Source of the DNA: a virus
Lineage: Duplodnaviria > Caudoviricetes
Virus record (IMG/VR): IMGVR_UViG_3300047539_000055
Direction: 5' to 3' (one strand)
Length of the DNA: 64,000 nucleotides
A program made the translations under genes and the position numbers. Shown here one piece after another: positions 38,293 to 47,740 of the stretch; within the stretch, counting starts at the first letter, position 1, and each line of letters opens with the position of its first letter. Under the pieces are notes generated by a model, which was not told the DNA's origin, did not search any database, and worked only from the letters and a program-made list of their open reading frames with translations.

Positions 38293-38461
38293 AGAAATGG
38301 AAATGTATATGATATTTTGCGGATATCGTTCGGAGCAATATAATGGTAGTATTGATTTTAAACAAGGTGGCCGCACTATTTATAAGGTAGGAGAAACTTA
38401 TTGGGAATGTGGTGATCATCCAATTCCTTGGCTACCACTACGCAAAGCTTTTGAAAAATGA
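38279..38461 (+). CDS. TDDEK-family small protein 17
   Basis: ISNEEMEMYMIFCGY...LRKAF. Confidence 0.7.
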   Translation: MISNEEMEMYMIFCGYRSEQYNGSIDFKQGGRTIYKVGETYWECGDHPIPWLPLRKAFEK

Positions 38462-38470
38462 GATACAAAG

Positions 38471-38650
38471 ATGCCAAATGAAGATGAAAAAGCGATGTAT
38501 TTAATATTGTGTGGGTGGGAATATGTAGTTTCTAATATAGATAATCCTCATTGGCGCGGTGAACGTGCTTGGTTTTATCCTGAAGGTGCTTTGGGATACG
38601 TAACCACGAATCAGGCATATGAGATGGAGAGATATAAAGATGCTGAGTAA
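38471..38650 (+). CDS. TDDEK-family small protein 18 (59 aa)
   Basis: PNEDEKAMYLILCGW...TNQAY. Confidence 0.75.
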   Translation: MPNEDEKAMYLILCGWEYVVSNIDNPHWRGERAWFYPEGALGYVTTNQAYEMERYKDAE

Positions 38651-38843
38651 TGACGAAAAAGAAATGTATATGATGCTTTTGCCGCAGTGGAGCAGTTGCA
38701 TTGCTGGCCCTAATGACCCAGAATTTTATGTGGGAGGGGCTAAATATTGGCTTCATTGTAACGCTCCAATCAAGGATACTAATCCTTGGATTACCTTAGA
38801 AGAAGCTTTTGAAGCTGAAATGTCGAAAATGTATGAAAAATAA
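38640..38843 (+). CDS. TDDEK-family small protein 19
   Basis: LSNDEKEMYMMLLPQW...LEEAF. Confidence 0.75.
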   Translation: MLSNDEKEMYMMLLPQWSSCIAGPNDPEFYVGGAKYWLHCNAPIKDTNPWITLEEAFEAEMSKMYEK

Positions 38844-38900
38844 AATTAAATATTTTGTTTTATAATTCAAACAATGTTGATATTTTGTATAAATAGATGT

Positions 38901-39836
38901 ATGGCAAATAAAAAATTAACCCGCGAAGGGATCATTGAAAAACTTCAAGCAGTTCATGGTAACAAATTTGATTATTCAGAATTTGTATATGAAGGAAGTA
39001 AGTCAAAAGCAACAATAATTTGTAATAACTGCGGAGAAAAATTTTCGCAATGGTTATGTCATTTGAAATACTGTCCAAATTGTGAGGGAAGATATAAGAA
39101 ATTTAATAGTAATTTTATTATTGCCCAAATCAAAGAGAAGTTTGGTGATACATATGGATTTGATAAATTTATTTGGGCTGGATCAAAAACACCAGTTATT
39201 TTGAAATGTCAAAAGCATGGATACTTTGAACAAAGAGTGAATAGTTTATTGGCAGATATAACACCTTACTGTTGCTCAAATAAGCAACCGTGGACAACGG
39301 AAAAATTTATCAACGAGTCACAAAAGATTCATGGACAGTTATATGATTATACCAAAACTGTATATAAAAATTGTCGAACAAAGGTTATAATTATTTGTTC
39401 TAAGCATGGATACTTCTTGCAATCTCCAACAAATCATCTTCATATGAAAACTGGGTGTCCAATTTGTTCTGCATCTAAAGGTGAACGAATTATTGAAAAA
39501 TGGTTACAAAAGAAGTTATTGACATATTTTAGACAGTATAGATTTGAAAATTGCCGATATAAAAATCCACTTGTGTTTGATTTTGCAATTATGGATAATG
39601 ATGGTGTTCAATGGTTGATAGAATTTCAAGGTGAGCAACATTATAGACCAATTGATTGGAGCGGTAAACTCTCTGAAAAAGAGAAAAATAAAATTTTTGA
39701 TACAGACAAGAAACGCGATCAAATTAAAAATCAATATTGTCAAGAGAATAATTTAAAACTCCTTCTTATTCCATATTGGGATGAAAAAAACATCAATAAA
39801 ATATTGAAAATGAGTATTCTAAGTGATTCAAAATAA
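38901..39836 (+). CDS. Putative homing endonuclease (DUF723-like repeats plus PD-(D/E)XK), paralog of 14464
   Basis: HG..YDY...IIC.KHG.F.Q....H...TGCP.C; FDF...LIEFQGEQHY; TAAATA-N5-ATG. Confidence 0.75.
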   Translation: MANKKLTREGIIEKLQAVHGNKFDYSEFVYEGSKSKATIICNNCGEKFSQWLCHLKYCPNCEGRYKKFNSNFIIAQIKEKFGDTYGFDKFIWAGSKTPVILKCQKHGYFEQRVNSLLADITPYCCSNKQPWTTEKFINESQKIHGQLYDYTKTVYKNCRTKVIIICSKHGYFLQSPTNHLHMKTGCPICSASKGERIIEKWLQKKLLTYFRQYRFENCRYKNPLVFDFAIMDNDGVQWLIEFQGEQHYRPIDWSGKLSEKEKNKIFDTDKKRDQIKNQYCQENNLKLLLIPYWDEKNINKILKMSILSDSK

Positions 39837-39887
39837 AGGGTTTATTTTATATTTGACTTTTGATTCAATACTTGTTATAATGTATCT

Positions 39888-41885
39888 ATGAGTCAAGAAA
39901 TCAAAACCGCAGTTGAAAAGATGAATCAAGAGTTGTTGGATGGACAGAATGCTTATTATTCCGGAAATCCAATTATGTCAGATGCCCAATATGATACCTT
40001 AGAGGGTCAACTTTCGGCTATTGTGACAAAAAATCCACAGTATTCAAATATTGCTACAACTTTACTGCGAGTCGGGGTTGAAGCTAATTCTGTATTGCGT
40101 ATTCCTCATGCAAAACCCATGTTGTCAATTGAGAATTACTACACAGAAGAATCTTTTGTCAAAGCTATTCAAAACTATGGTGCAATTGTATTGGTTGAAC
40201 CAAAGCGAGATGGATGCAGTTGCGAACTCACTTATATTGATGGTAAATTGCTACGCGCTGTATCTCGTGGAGATGGAAATTCAGGCGAAGACCAAACCGC
40301 CCAAGTTAAAGTTTGTAAAAAAATCCCGCAAAAAATTAAAACTCACATTCATGATTTGCGCATTCGTGGCGAGATAGTAATGTGTAATTCGGAATTAACA
40401 CGCATCAATTCGCTCGTTAGTGAAAAAACATATGCCAATTCTCGGAATTTAGTAGCAGGAACTTTAAAACAGAAAGACTTGACAATTGTAAAGTCTCGCG
40501 AAATTTCTTTAATTCCTTGGGATGTATATTCACCAGAAGAAGATAATTTATTACCAGATAGCGCATATGATAGAATGCAATTGGTGTCTACCTTTGGATT
40601 CTCGCAATATGAAGGTGAAAAAATTCATCGTCAAAATAGTGTAGATATTATTCAGTCACTCCATAAAATTTTGGCGCAAAACGAATTGTCTGATATTACT
40701 GCTGATGGAGTTGTAGTTAAGACTGATAGTTATCGTTTACGTGAAAAACTTGGAGTAGGAACAAAATTCAGTAAATTTCAGCATTGCTTCAAGCCTCAGA
40801 ATATGGTTGCGACTACAACGTTGCTTGGAATTGAATATGGTCTTGGTCGCACTGGTAAGGTAACGCCTGTTGCCTTGCTCAAGCCTGTTGATCTTGGTGG
40901 TGCAATGATTGGACGCGCTTCAGTTTGCAATGAAACCTACATGGAAACACTTGATCTAACAATCGGCTGCGAAGTTGAATTGGTTCGCTCTGGTGACGTG
41001 ATTCCTTATATCGTCAAGGTGACGAAAAAGGGAACAAAGAAATTTGTTTTCCCGACTCATTGCCCATCTTGCAAATCGCTTCTGGCATTTGACCCTACAT
41101 CTGAAATCGTTCAGCGTATGTGCGTAAACAGCAATTGTGCTGGTAAGGCCGCTGAACAGTTTGCTTATGTTGGCAAGCGTGAGACTTTGGAAATCGACAA
41201 TCTTGGTGATTCAATGGCTGCTGAACTTGTAGCACAGAAGATTACCACTCTTGCTGGATTGTTTACATTCGGCAATGACATTGCTAAGATGCCAAAACTT
41301 TTGGAATCAATGTTTTCATTCCGTTCCAATGTCAACACACTAAAGATGGTAAAGAGTCTTGAAACAGCAAAGACTGCCACTTGGGATAGATGGATTGCCG
41401 CCCTTGGAATTTCTTTTATAGGTCATAGTTTGGGTAAAGAAATTTCAAAAGCTTTGAAGTTGACTTCGGATGATATGAAGAATCTGCCAACTCTTTTACT
41501 TAAACTTCCTGCTTTGAATCTTGATAAATTAGGAGCAGTAAAAACTGCCTCAATCGTTGACTGGGCAAAAGATAAGAACAATATTCAATTTTGCGCTCGG
41601 TTGTATAATGCTGGCGTTCGTCCAGCATCATTAGTAACTAAAGTAGTTGGAGGAAAGATGAAACTTAGTAGAACGAAATTTGTAATGACGGGCGAGTTAA
41701 AAATGGGTACTCGTAAAGTAGTGGCCGCTCAATTGGAAGCACTTGGAGCGGAAGAACTTTCGGCTGTATCATCGGCTTGTAATCTTCTGATTGTTGGTGA
41801 AAATCCAGGATCAAAACTTGCCAAAGCACAAGCGAAAGGCATCAAGATTGTTGATGAAAATTGGGTTAAGGAACAACTTGGATAG
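39888..41885 (+). CDS. ligA: NAD-dependent DNA ligase
   Basis: YY.G.P.MSDAQYD, EPKRDG, RGE, DGVVVK, GRTGKVTPVA, Zn finger, BRCT (GSKL.KA...GIKIVDE). Confidence 0.95.
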   Translation: MSQEIKTAVEKMNQELLDGQNAYYSGNPIMSDAQYDTLEGQLSAIVTKNPQYSNIATTLLRVGVEANSVLRIPHAKPMLSIENYYTEESFVKAIQNYGAIVLVEPKRDGCSCELTYIDGKLLRAVSRGDGNSGEDQTAQVKVCKKIPQKIKTHIHDLRIRGEIVMCNSELTRINSLVSEKTYANSRNLVAGTLKQKDLTIVKSREISLIPWDVYSPEEDNLLPDSAYDRMQLVSTFGFSQYEGEKIHRQNSVDIIQSLHKILAQNELSDITADGVVVKTDSYRLREKLGVGTKFSKFQHCFKPQNMVATTTLLGIEYGLGRTGKVTPVALLKPVDLGGAMIGRASVCNETYMETLDLTIGCEVELVRSGDVIPYIVKVTKKGTKKFVFPTHCPSCKSLLAFDPTSEIVQRMCVNSNCAGKAAEQFAYVGKRETLEIDNLGDSMAAELVAQKITTLAGLFTFGNDIAKMPKLLESMFSFRSNVNTLKMVKSLETAKTATWDRWIAALGISFIGHSLGKEISKALKLTSDDMKNLPTLLLKLPALNLDKLGAVKTASIVDWAKDKNNIQFCARLYNAGVRPASLVTKVVGGKMKLSRTKFVMTGELKMGTRKVVAAQLEALGAEELSAVSSACNLLIVGENPGSKLAKAQAKGIKIVDENWVKEQLG

Positions 41886-41899
41886 TTAGTAACTTTTGA

Positions 41900-42196
41900 A
41901 CTGGAAACGATCTGATTGTTAAATGTAATACGGTTATTAAGTCTCTCAACACCGATAATGATCTTGTTGTTAATTCCAAGCAAGATGCATATGCCAGTGG
42001 ATTATGCGAAGGAATAGTTATAGCCACTGCCTCAACTATAACTCTTGGTGAAGCTTGGAATACACAACAGATGCCCACTAATATTCAAATGGTTCGGGTA
42101 GTAGTCAAATATCTCGATGATAATCCAGAGAAGTTGAATTTAGGGGCAGGATTTTTGATTCGCACTGCTCTAATCAAGGCATTTCCAAAAAAGTAA
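41900..42196 (+). pseudogene. Rap1a/Tai-like immunity-protein remnant lacking start and signal peptide
   Basis: TGNDLIVKC...LCEGIV...Q.VRVVVKYLDDNPEKL...A..L...ALIKAFP; in-frame TGA at 41897 directly upstream. Confidence 0.6.
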
Positions 42197-42199
42197 CAG

Positions 42200-42250
42200 G
42201 CCATAAAGATCGTTGACGAAAAGTGGGTGGAAAAAGTTCTCGGTTTGTAA
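42200..42250 (+). pseudogene. Orphan second copy of ligase 3' end
   Basis: AIKIVDEKWVEKVLGL* versus ligase GIKIVDENWVKEQLG*. Confidence 0.75.
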
Positions 42251-42362
42251 TGTCAGATGTTCATACAAAACGCGGTGATACAGTTTTCAAAGTATTGTTT
42301 GACGTATTGGTAGTTGTAGGCATAATACTGTTTACCATGTTTGCATATGTCGGCATTGTGCG

Positions 42363-42782
42363 ATGAAAGGTTTTATGAAGGAAATGAATAAAATTTTCGC
42401 AAAGCATGGGTCATATCTTTGCGGTTATAGCATTGATATGAATTTTACTGAAATAAGCGGAGTTTATTTCCGTAGTACACGCAGAAAGACTTATTCAACA
42501 GATAGACATAGATTGTGGGAAGGTCAGAACGGCAAATGTCATTGGTGCGACAAACAGTGTGTTTTTTATGAAACAGAAGGATCAGCGCTTTTTACCGTGG
42601 ATCATGTAATTCCGTTGTCTAATAAAGGGACAAATCATTGGATGAACCTTGTCGGAAGTTGCTACCACTGTAACCATAAACGAAATATTGAATGGCAAAA
42701 TTATACAAATGTGAGTTTCAATAAACCCGAGGAGATTTATGAAATATGTAATTTTAGCAGTAATGTTGTTGTCAACAATTAG
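42363..42782 (+). CDS. HNH endonuclease
   Basis: QNGKCHWC...TVDHVIPLS.KG.N...NLV.SC..CN..R. Confidence 0.85.
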   Translation: MKGFMKEMNKIFAKHGSYLCGYSIDMNFTEISGVYFRSTRRKTYSTDRHRLWEGQNGKCHWCDKQCVFYETEGSALFTVDHVIPLSNKGTNHWMNLVGSCYHCNHKRNIEWQNYTNVSFNKPEEIYEICNFSSNVVVNN

Positions 42783-43257
42783 CGTTTTTTCTCAAGATGA
42801 AAAAGATACAATTCCCCCACCCCCATCACAAGCAGAGATGAAGGAATTAGTAAACAAATTTGCTCAAGATGTAGTAGCATATGATAAAGTTGTCAAACTA
42901 TCTAAACCTGTGATGTCAGATGCAGTTTATCAAAAAGATGAATACGCAATCACTCTTGCTAATACTCTAATAACTAAATTGAATGAAACTAATAATATGT
43001 CGGCAGGGCAAATGGTTTTATTTTTGTCAATCATAGACGATCTAACTTTGGATTCGGCGCAAACTGCTGCTGTTGTTGAAACAGAATATATTGAACATTT
43101 GTCGCAAAGCAAATCAGACACGCCAGCTATATTTCTTGAATGGAATCAATTGTTGAATGAATCTTCTTCATTTTATGATCTTTCAGATTTGGTTTTACAT
43201 GCAACCATACGATACGTTGATGCCGAAGAATACGTATTGGTCAAACTTTTGAAATAA
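42739..43257 (+). CDS. Secreted hypothetical protein
   Basis: GAGGAG SD; signal peptide. Confidence 0.65.
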   Translation: MKYVILAVMLLSTISVFSQDEKDTIPPPPSQAEMKELVNKFAQDVVAYDKVVKLSKPVMSDAVYQKDEYAITLANTLITKLNETNNMSAGQMVLFLSIIDDLTLDSAQTAAVVETEYIEHLSQSKSDTPAIFLEWNQLLNESSSFYDLSDLVLHATIRYVDAEEYVLVKLLK

Positions 43258-43295
43258 CCGTCCAGCGGAGTTGCTGGAAATTATGAAAGGTAAAC

Positions 43296-43763
43296 ATGAA
43301 TAAATTAATTGCTATTTTTCTTTGTATGTTGTTTCCGATTACGGCGTTTGCTGGTGATAACAGTTTCAAGATCGCTTATGATGGTGGATCAATTTCAGGT
43401 GTTAAATCTGGAGTCGAAATGAAACTCTTCATTGAAGGCAATCAAATTCGAATCGTAAAAGGTAAGGATGATTTCGTGATAATTCCCGCAGCATCCGTGA
43501 CCGAAATTAGCTATGGTCAAGATGTTCATCGGCGCGTGGGAGCAGCTATTGGTTTGGCAGTTGTCTCATTTGGTATTGGGGCATTGATGGTTTTGACCAA
43601 ATCAAAGAAGCATTTTGTCGGCTTAACATGGGATGATGGGGGCAAGAAAGGCGGTATTGCGTTTCAAGCAGATAAAAACAACTATCGAGGTTTGTTGACT
43701 GGGCTGGAAGGTATTACTGGTAAAAAAGCGTTTGATTCAGACGCTATGACAGTAAAGAACTAA
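43296..43763 (+). CDS. Secreted/membrane hypothetical protein of likely host origin
   Basis: Signal peptide; ISYGQDVHRRVGAAIG...KSKKH.VGLTW. Confidence 0.7.
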   Translation: MNKLIAIFLCMLFPITAFAGDNSFKIAYDGGSISGVKSGVEMKLFIEGNQIRIVKGKDDFVIIPAASVTEISYGQDVHRRVGAAIGLAVVSFGIGALMVLTKSKKHFVGLTWDDGGKKGGIAFQADKNNYRGLLTGLEGITGKKAFDSDAMTVKN

Positions 43764-43971
43764 TAGGGAAATTAATGACACCCATGAATTGGCATTTCTA
43801 ACTTACTGATTCTAAAGGGGCAAAATCTCGGTTTTGCCTCTATTTAGCGTTCTAAGGGGTCTGGACGTGTCCTAGCATGGTTTCGACTTGAAAACGCTCT
43901 AAAAGGGCATTCTGAGCCTTAAAATGCAAGAAAAATTACCACATTTTTCTTGCAAATAAGTCGAATTTTGG

Positions 43972-44000
43972 TTGACTTTTGCCTGTGAATTTGGTATACT
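43972..44000 (+). promoter_or_regulatory. Early promoter
   Basis: TTGACT-17-TATACT; inverted repeat TGCAAGAAAAAT/ATTTTTCTTGCA at 43925-43954. Confidence 0.8.
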
Positions 44001-44026
44001 ATATTTGTAGTTGAGAGGATAAACCC

Positions 44027-44311
44027 ATGATTCAAAAAGGCGACATTGTAAAAATCGGGGTTGGCAGAGCAGACGTTCCTACGGAATCCAACAAAGTTAC
44101 CCCATTTACCAACAAAAAGTGGGGCAGGAATGTTTTTGCTCGTGTCCTTTCTGTGAGTGAGTACAGGAAGAAAAGAAAAGGGCCAGCGTTTACGTGCAAT
44201 ATTCCCAACCAATGGGGGAATTGCTTGAAGGTGGTTGGCATGGGTCGCACCGATTGCTATCAGTTGGCGACGGATTCTGAAGTTGTAATGTTCAAATTGG
44301 AGCAAGAATGA
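44027..44311 (+). CDS. Small early protein ending VVMFKLEQE
   Basis: GAGGA SD; KGDIV (SH3/KOW-like start). Confidence 0.7.
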   Translation: MIQKGDIVKIGVGRADVPTESNKVTPFTNKKWGRNVFARVLSVSEYRKKRKGPAFTCNIPNQWGNCLKVVGMGRTDCYQLATDSEVVMFKLEQE

Positions 44312-44498
44312 TTCTCATTTTGGTTATGATTTCATTGCTCGTGGTTATTTGGTTACTCAGGGACGCATAAATGATTGCTTTGTTGTGGATACTTTTGATA
44401 TTTTTGTTTTTGTTTCATGAGAGCCGCCGTGGGCTTGGTTGCCTGTGGTGGCTGTTATTGTTGTTTTTGATTATTCATGGTTGCAGATAAGGAATTGT

Positions 44499-44834
44499 AT
44501 GTTGGAATTACCGAGTATCGAAAATTTGTCTATTGGTATAGATATTCCACTTCGGAGACTTATCAAACAAGGATTGTTCGGTATTTCACGAGAATTCAAA
44601 ACAGCAAAAGTTCGGCGCGAACTTCTTGTCAAAAATAATATTTGTTCTATATGCAATACTTTGATGAATGATAGTAAAGAAACGCATGTTGATCATATGT
44701 GGACGAAAAATGAAGCAACAAACGCCGTGTTTGACGGGAGTCTTGATTTGATATCGGCCTTCAATCGGCTTCAAGCACCAGAAAATTTACGAGTAGTTCA
44801 TGCTTCCTGTAATTGGGGAAGGAATAAGAAATAA
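44499..44834 (+). CDS. HNH-like endonuclease
   Basis: CSIC...HVDH...NLRVVHASCN. Confidence 0.65.
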   Translation: MLELPSIENLSIGIDIPLRRLIKQGLFGISREFKTAKVRRELLVKNNICSICNTLMNDSKETHVDHMWTKNEATNAVFDGSLDLISAFNRLQAPENLRVVHASCNWGRNKK

Positions 44835-44872
44835 TTTTGTTATAAGTTATTGATTTATAGAAAGGTAGTAAA

Positions 44873-45229
44873 ATGAAATTGTTTGCTTTAATCTCATTGA
44901 GTTTGATTCTTGGATGTGTAGGTTGTAATTTTATTTCTACAACAGACCGAGTAAATTATACAATAATAATGTCAGATGATTGGCAAATTGGTGAAGAAAG
45001 GGCTTGTTTCTATAAGGCAAACGATTTTATAGTTGATTGTGGCTTGGGTTATCCAAATAGTTCTAAGCGCAATTTTGAAGTGCTTATTCCAAAGCGAGTA
45101 AGATATTCAACAAAAACAGCACTTTCTCGTGACATAAATAGTTTCTGGTACAATAAAGTGCCAATTTATTGCTTAAGAAATGATACAAATAAATTGTTTG
45201 CTGATTCGGCCACATTTATTTGCAAATAA
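44873..45229 (+). CDS. Putative lipoprotein
   Basis: Hydrophobic leader ending LGC/VGC. Confidence 0.55.
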   Translation: MKLFALISLSLILGCVGCNFISTTDRVNYTIIMSDDWQIGEERACFYKANDFIVDCGLGYPNSSKRNFEVLIPKRVRYSTKTALSRDINSFWYNKVPIYCLRNDTNKLFADSATFICK

Positions 45230-45300
45230 ATACCGCAACTTGTTGATTTTATCGACAGTTGCGGTATTTTGTTGACAAACTGAGTAAAGTTTGCTACAAT
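45228..45300 (+). promoter_or_regulatory. Long inverted repeat (terminator/operator) followed by sigma70 promoter of restriction gene
   Basis: AAATACCGCAAC..GTTGCGGTATTT; TTGACA(45272)-17-TACAAT. Confidence 0.7.
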
Positions 45301-45344
45301 TAAAACATTGCATAAATCCTATCAATGATAGGTAGAAAGAGCCT

Positions 45345-46649
45345 GTGATGGCGACAGTAACAGTTCATGATGGAATATCTCGCGGTAATGTTATCCACGA
45401 GCAAACATTTACTTTACTAAAGGGTTTACACCCGACTAATAGCGGAAATACTGTTATTACTGTGGAAGGCTTTACCTTATATGGCCGTCCAAAAGCAAAT
45501 ATTGAGGTAGAGTCGAGCGCAGATTTTACTGTTTATGGTGAACTTCCATTAGTAACAAAAACACCTAAATCAAGCGTGGAGAGAACAGCGAAAAGAACAG
45601 CAAGAGCCGAAGCAAAGGAACTGGCGAAGATAAAAAAGATGGCAAGAAAAGGTGAGCAATCTGAAAGTAACGGAACTGATTTTGAATTAGAGGTTGCAAA
45701 ACGGCTTGAGGAAATTACTAAATTTCAAATTACAGGTATGACTAAAAAATTGGATTCAGCATCAGAAAGAACGCGCATTCCTATAGATAAAGTATTGACA
45801 GATTCCCTTCGACATGTTCTTGCACAAGAAAAATTGAATTCATTTCAAAATAATATTGCTGGACGAATTAAAATGAATCCTGACTCTCAAGCGAAGATAA
45901 CAGGAGATGTAAGTGATATTACTCTTATCGTAGATTCTGCTGAGATAAAGCCATCACAACTTATAAATGTTTCATTGAAAGTAAATAATAGTGAATTCAA
46001 ACATCCTTGGTATAGACCCAATACTAATATCTTGAGTATTCTAACTTCTGAGATGTGTAATACATCTGTTGACGGAGCAAAAAAAATATCAGATGTGTTT
46101 AAGCGTATAGCCAAAAATGGTTATGATTACTGGGAAGGTGAAGGCGAAACTGGTAAAAAAGGAGATGATTGCTGCCCCATAGCAATAAAGCGCGGATATT
46201 ACCAAGAGTTGCTTGATATTTTGCGAGATGAGTTGTTACCTATTCAGTGTAATGCCATCGTAATCAAATCGCTTTTTTATTATGTAATAGGGTCTAAAAG
46301 TTATTATCAATTTATCAAAACAAAAAAAGATGACATTACAATCAAGGCGTATAATATCAATGATCCTGCATTGAAACAGGTAACAGTAAGTAACATACCT
46401 ACTTCCATAAATTCTATTAAAATTGAAAATGGAACTCGTGGCGGTCGCGAATTACATATTAAATTCCCTAATGATGTTGTTTTGATAATCAGGATACACA
46501 ACGATTCTGACAAAATCAAAACAACTGCAAAAACAGGTAGTGAGATTAAGGGCTTCAAAATGGGTATAACATTGAGTGATCCTACTAATCAAATATTTAC
46601 TCCTATATTGCCAACCAAGATAACAGCATCCAATTTTCAAGGAGAATAA
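45345..46649 (+). CDS. HaeIII-family type II restriction endonuclease with ~100-aa N-terminal extension
   Basis: G.DFE, GDVSDI, SLK.N...KH, YVIG...YY, RIHNDS; adjacent to M.HaeIII-like MTase. Confidence 0.6.
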   Translation: MMATVTVHDGISRGNVIHEQTFTLLKGLHPTNSGNTVITVEGFTLYGRPKANIEVESSADFTVYGELPLVTKTPKSSVERTAKRTARAEAKELAKIKKMARKGEQSESNGTDFELEVAKRLEEITKFQITGMTKKLDSASERTRIPIDKVLTDSLRHVLAQEKLNSFQNNIAGRIKMNPDSQAKITGDVSDITLIVDSAEIKPSQLINVSLKVNNSEFKHPWYRPNTNILSILTSEMCNTSVDGAKKISDVFKRIAKNGYDYWEGEGETGKKGDDCCPIAIKRGYYQELLDILRDELLPIQCNAIVIKSLFYYVIGSKSYYQFIKTKKDDITIKAYNINDPALKQVTVSNIPTSINSIKIENGTRGGRELHIKFPNDVVLIIRIHNDSDKIKTTAKTGSEIKGFKMGITLSDPTNQIFTPILPTKITASNFQGE

Positions 46650-46657
46650 ATAGTTTT

Positions 46658-47599
46658 ATGACTTTACTATCATTATTTGCTGGCGCTGGTGGAATGGATT
46701 TTGGATTCCATCAAGCAGGTTTTAAAACAATTTGGGCTAACGAATTTGATAAAAATATTAGTCCTTCATATAGGAATTATTTTCCAAAAGTTAAATTTGA
46801 TGGTAGATCAATTGTTGACATACCAAATGAAGATTTACCAACAAACATAACTGGAGTTATTGGCGGCCCGCCTTGTCAATCTTGGAGTGCAGCCGGAGCA
46901 AGAAGAGGAATTGATGACAAAAGAGGAAAATTATTTTTTGAATATTTACGAGTGATTGAACATACAAAACCATTGTTTTTTGTTGCTGAAAATGTTTCTG
47001 GTATACTTCATAAAAAGCATAGTCAAGCATTTGAGGATATAATCCACTCTTTTGAATCATTGGACTATTCTGTAACTTGGAAACTGGTAAACGCGGCCGA
47101 TTATGAAGTTCCACAAGATAGAAAACGAGTAATCATCGTTGGTTATCATAAATCTCTCAATAAGAGTTTTGTGTTTCCGAAGCCCATTCTTTTAAAGAAA
47201 TCAATGAAAGATGTAATTTTTGATTTACAAAATCAATCATTTGGTGTAAACAATCACGAATTTAAAGAGGGTGGATTTTCATCAATATTTTTAAGTAGAC
47301 AACGAGTGCGTGATTGGAATGATCAATCATTTACCATATTAGCAACAGCCAAGCATATTCCATTTCATCCATCGTCACCAAAAATGATTAAAATAAGTAC
47401 AGATATTTGGAAACTTGAACAAAATAAGGAAAATGATTATCGTCGGTTAACGGTTAGAGAATGTGCAAGAATTCAAACTTTTCCTGATGATTATAAATTT
47501 TTGTATTCAAACATAGATTATGGTTATAAAATGATAGGGAATGCAGTTCCAGTAAAATTAGCATATCATATTGCCAAAACGATTAAAAATGATTTATAA
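46658..47599 (+). CDS. DNA cytosine-5 methyltransferase, M.HaeIII-like
   Basis: SLFAGAGG, GGPPCQSWS, AENV, QDRKRV, SRQRVR.W, YRRLTVRECARIQ, GYKMIGNAVPV. Confidence 0.92.
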   Translation: MTLLSLFAGAGGMDFGFHQAGFKTIWANEFDKNISPSYRNYFPKVKFDGRSIVDIPNEDLPTNITGVIGGPPCQSWSAAGARRGIDDKRGKLFFEYLRVIEHTKPLFFVAENVSGILHKKHSQAFEDIIHSFESLDYSVTWKLVNAADYEVPQDRKRVIIVGYHKSLNKSFVFPKPILLKKSMKDVIFDLQNQSFGVNNHEFKEGGFSSIFLSRQRVRDWNDQSFTILATAKHIPFHPSSPKMIKISTDIWKLEQNKENDYRRLTVRECARIQTFPDDYKFLYSNIDYGYKMIGNAVPVKLAYHIAKTIKNDL

Positions 47600-47740
47600 A
47601 ATTCATAATCGAAAACCAGCCTAAAAAGTAAGTAATGAAAGTTCTTGTAGCTGTACCAGTAATCACAAGAATAGCAAAACAAATACAACTTCAATAATTT
47701 TCAACTGTGTCTACCGCATTAGTGTAGAAAAGGAAATAAA

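Noticed and set aside
35566-38843. CRISPR array or integron cassette array suggested by the periodic GACGAAAAA..ATGTATCT repeats
   Set aside because: Repeats are degenerate, in-frame coding, 150-220 bp apart, and lack palindromic attC or CRISPR structure; no cas or integrase in the window
34968-38843. Diversity-generating retroelement
   Set aside because: No reverse transcriptase in the window and no TR/VR pair differing only at adenines; variation includes indels
35919-41899. Stop-codon reassignment suggested by in-frame TAA (35919), TGA (38459) and TGA (41897)
   Set aside because: Long conserved genes are intact in code 11 and end in TAA, TAG or TGA; no suppressor tRNA seen; the cases are isolated lesions
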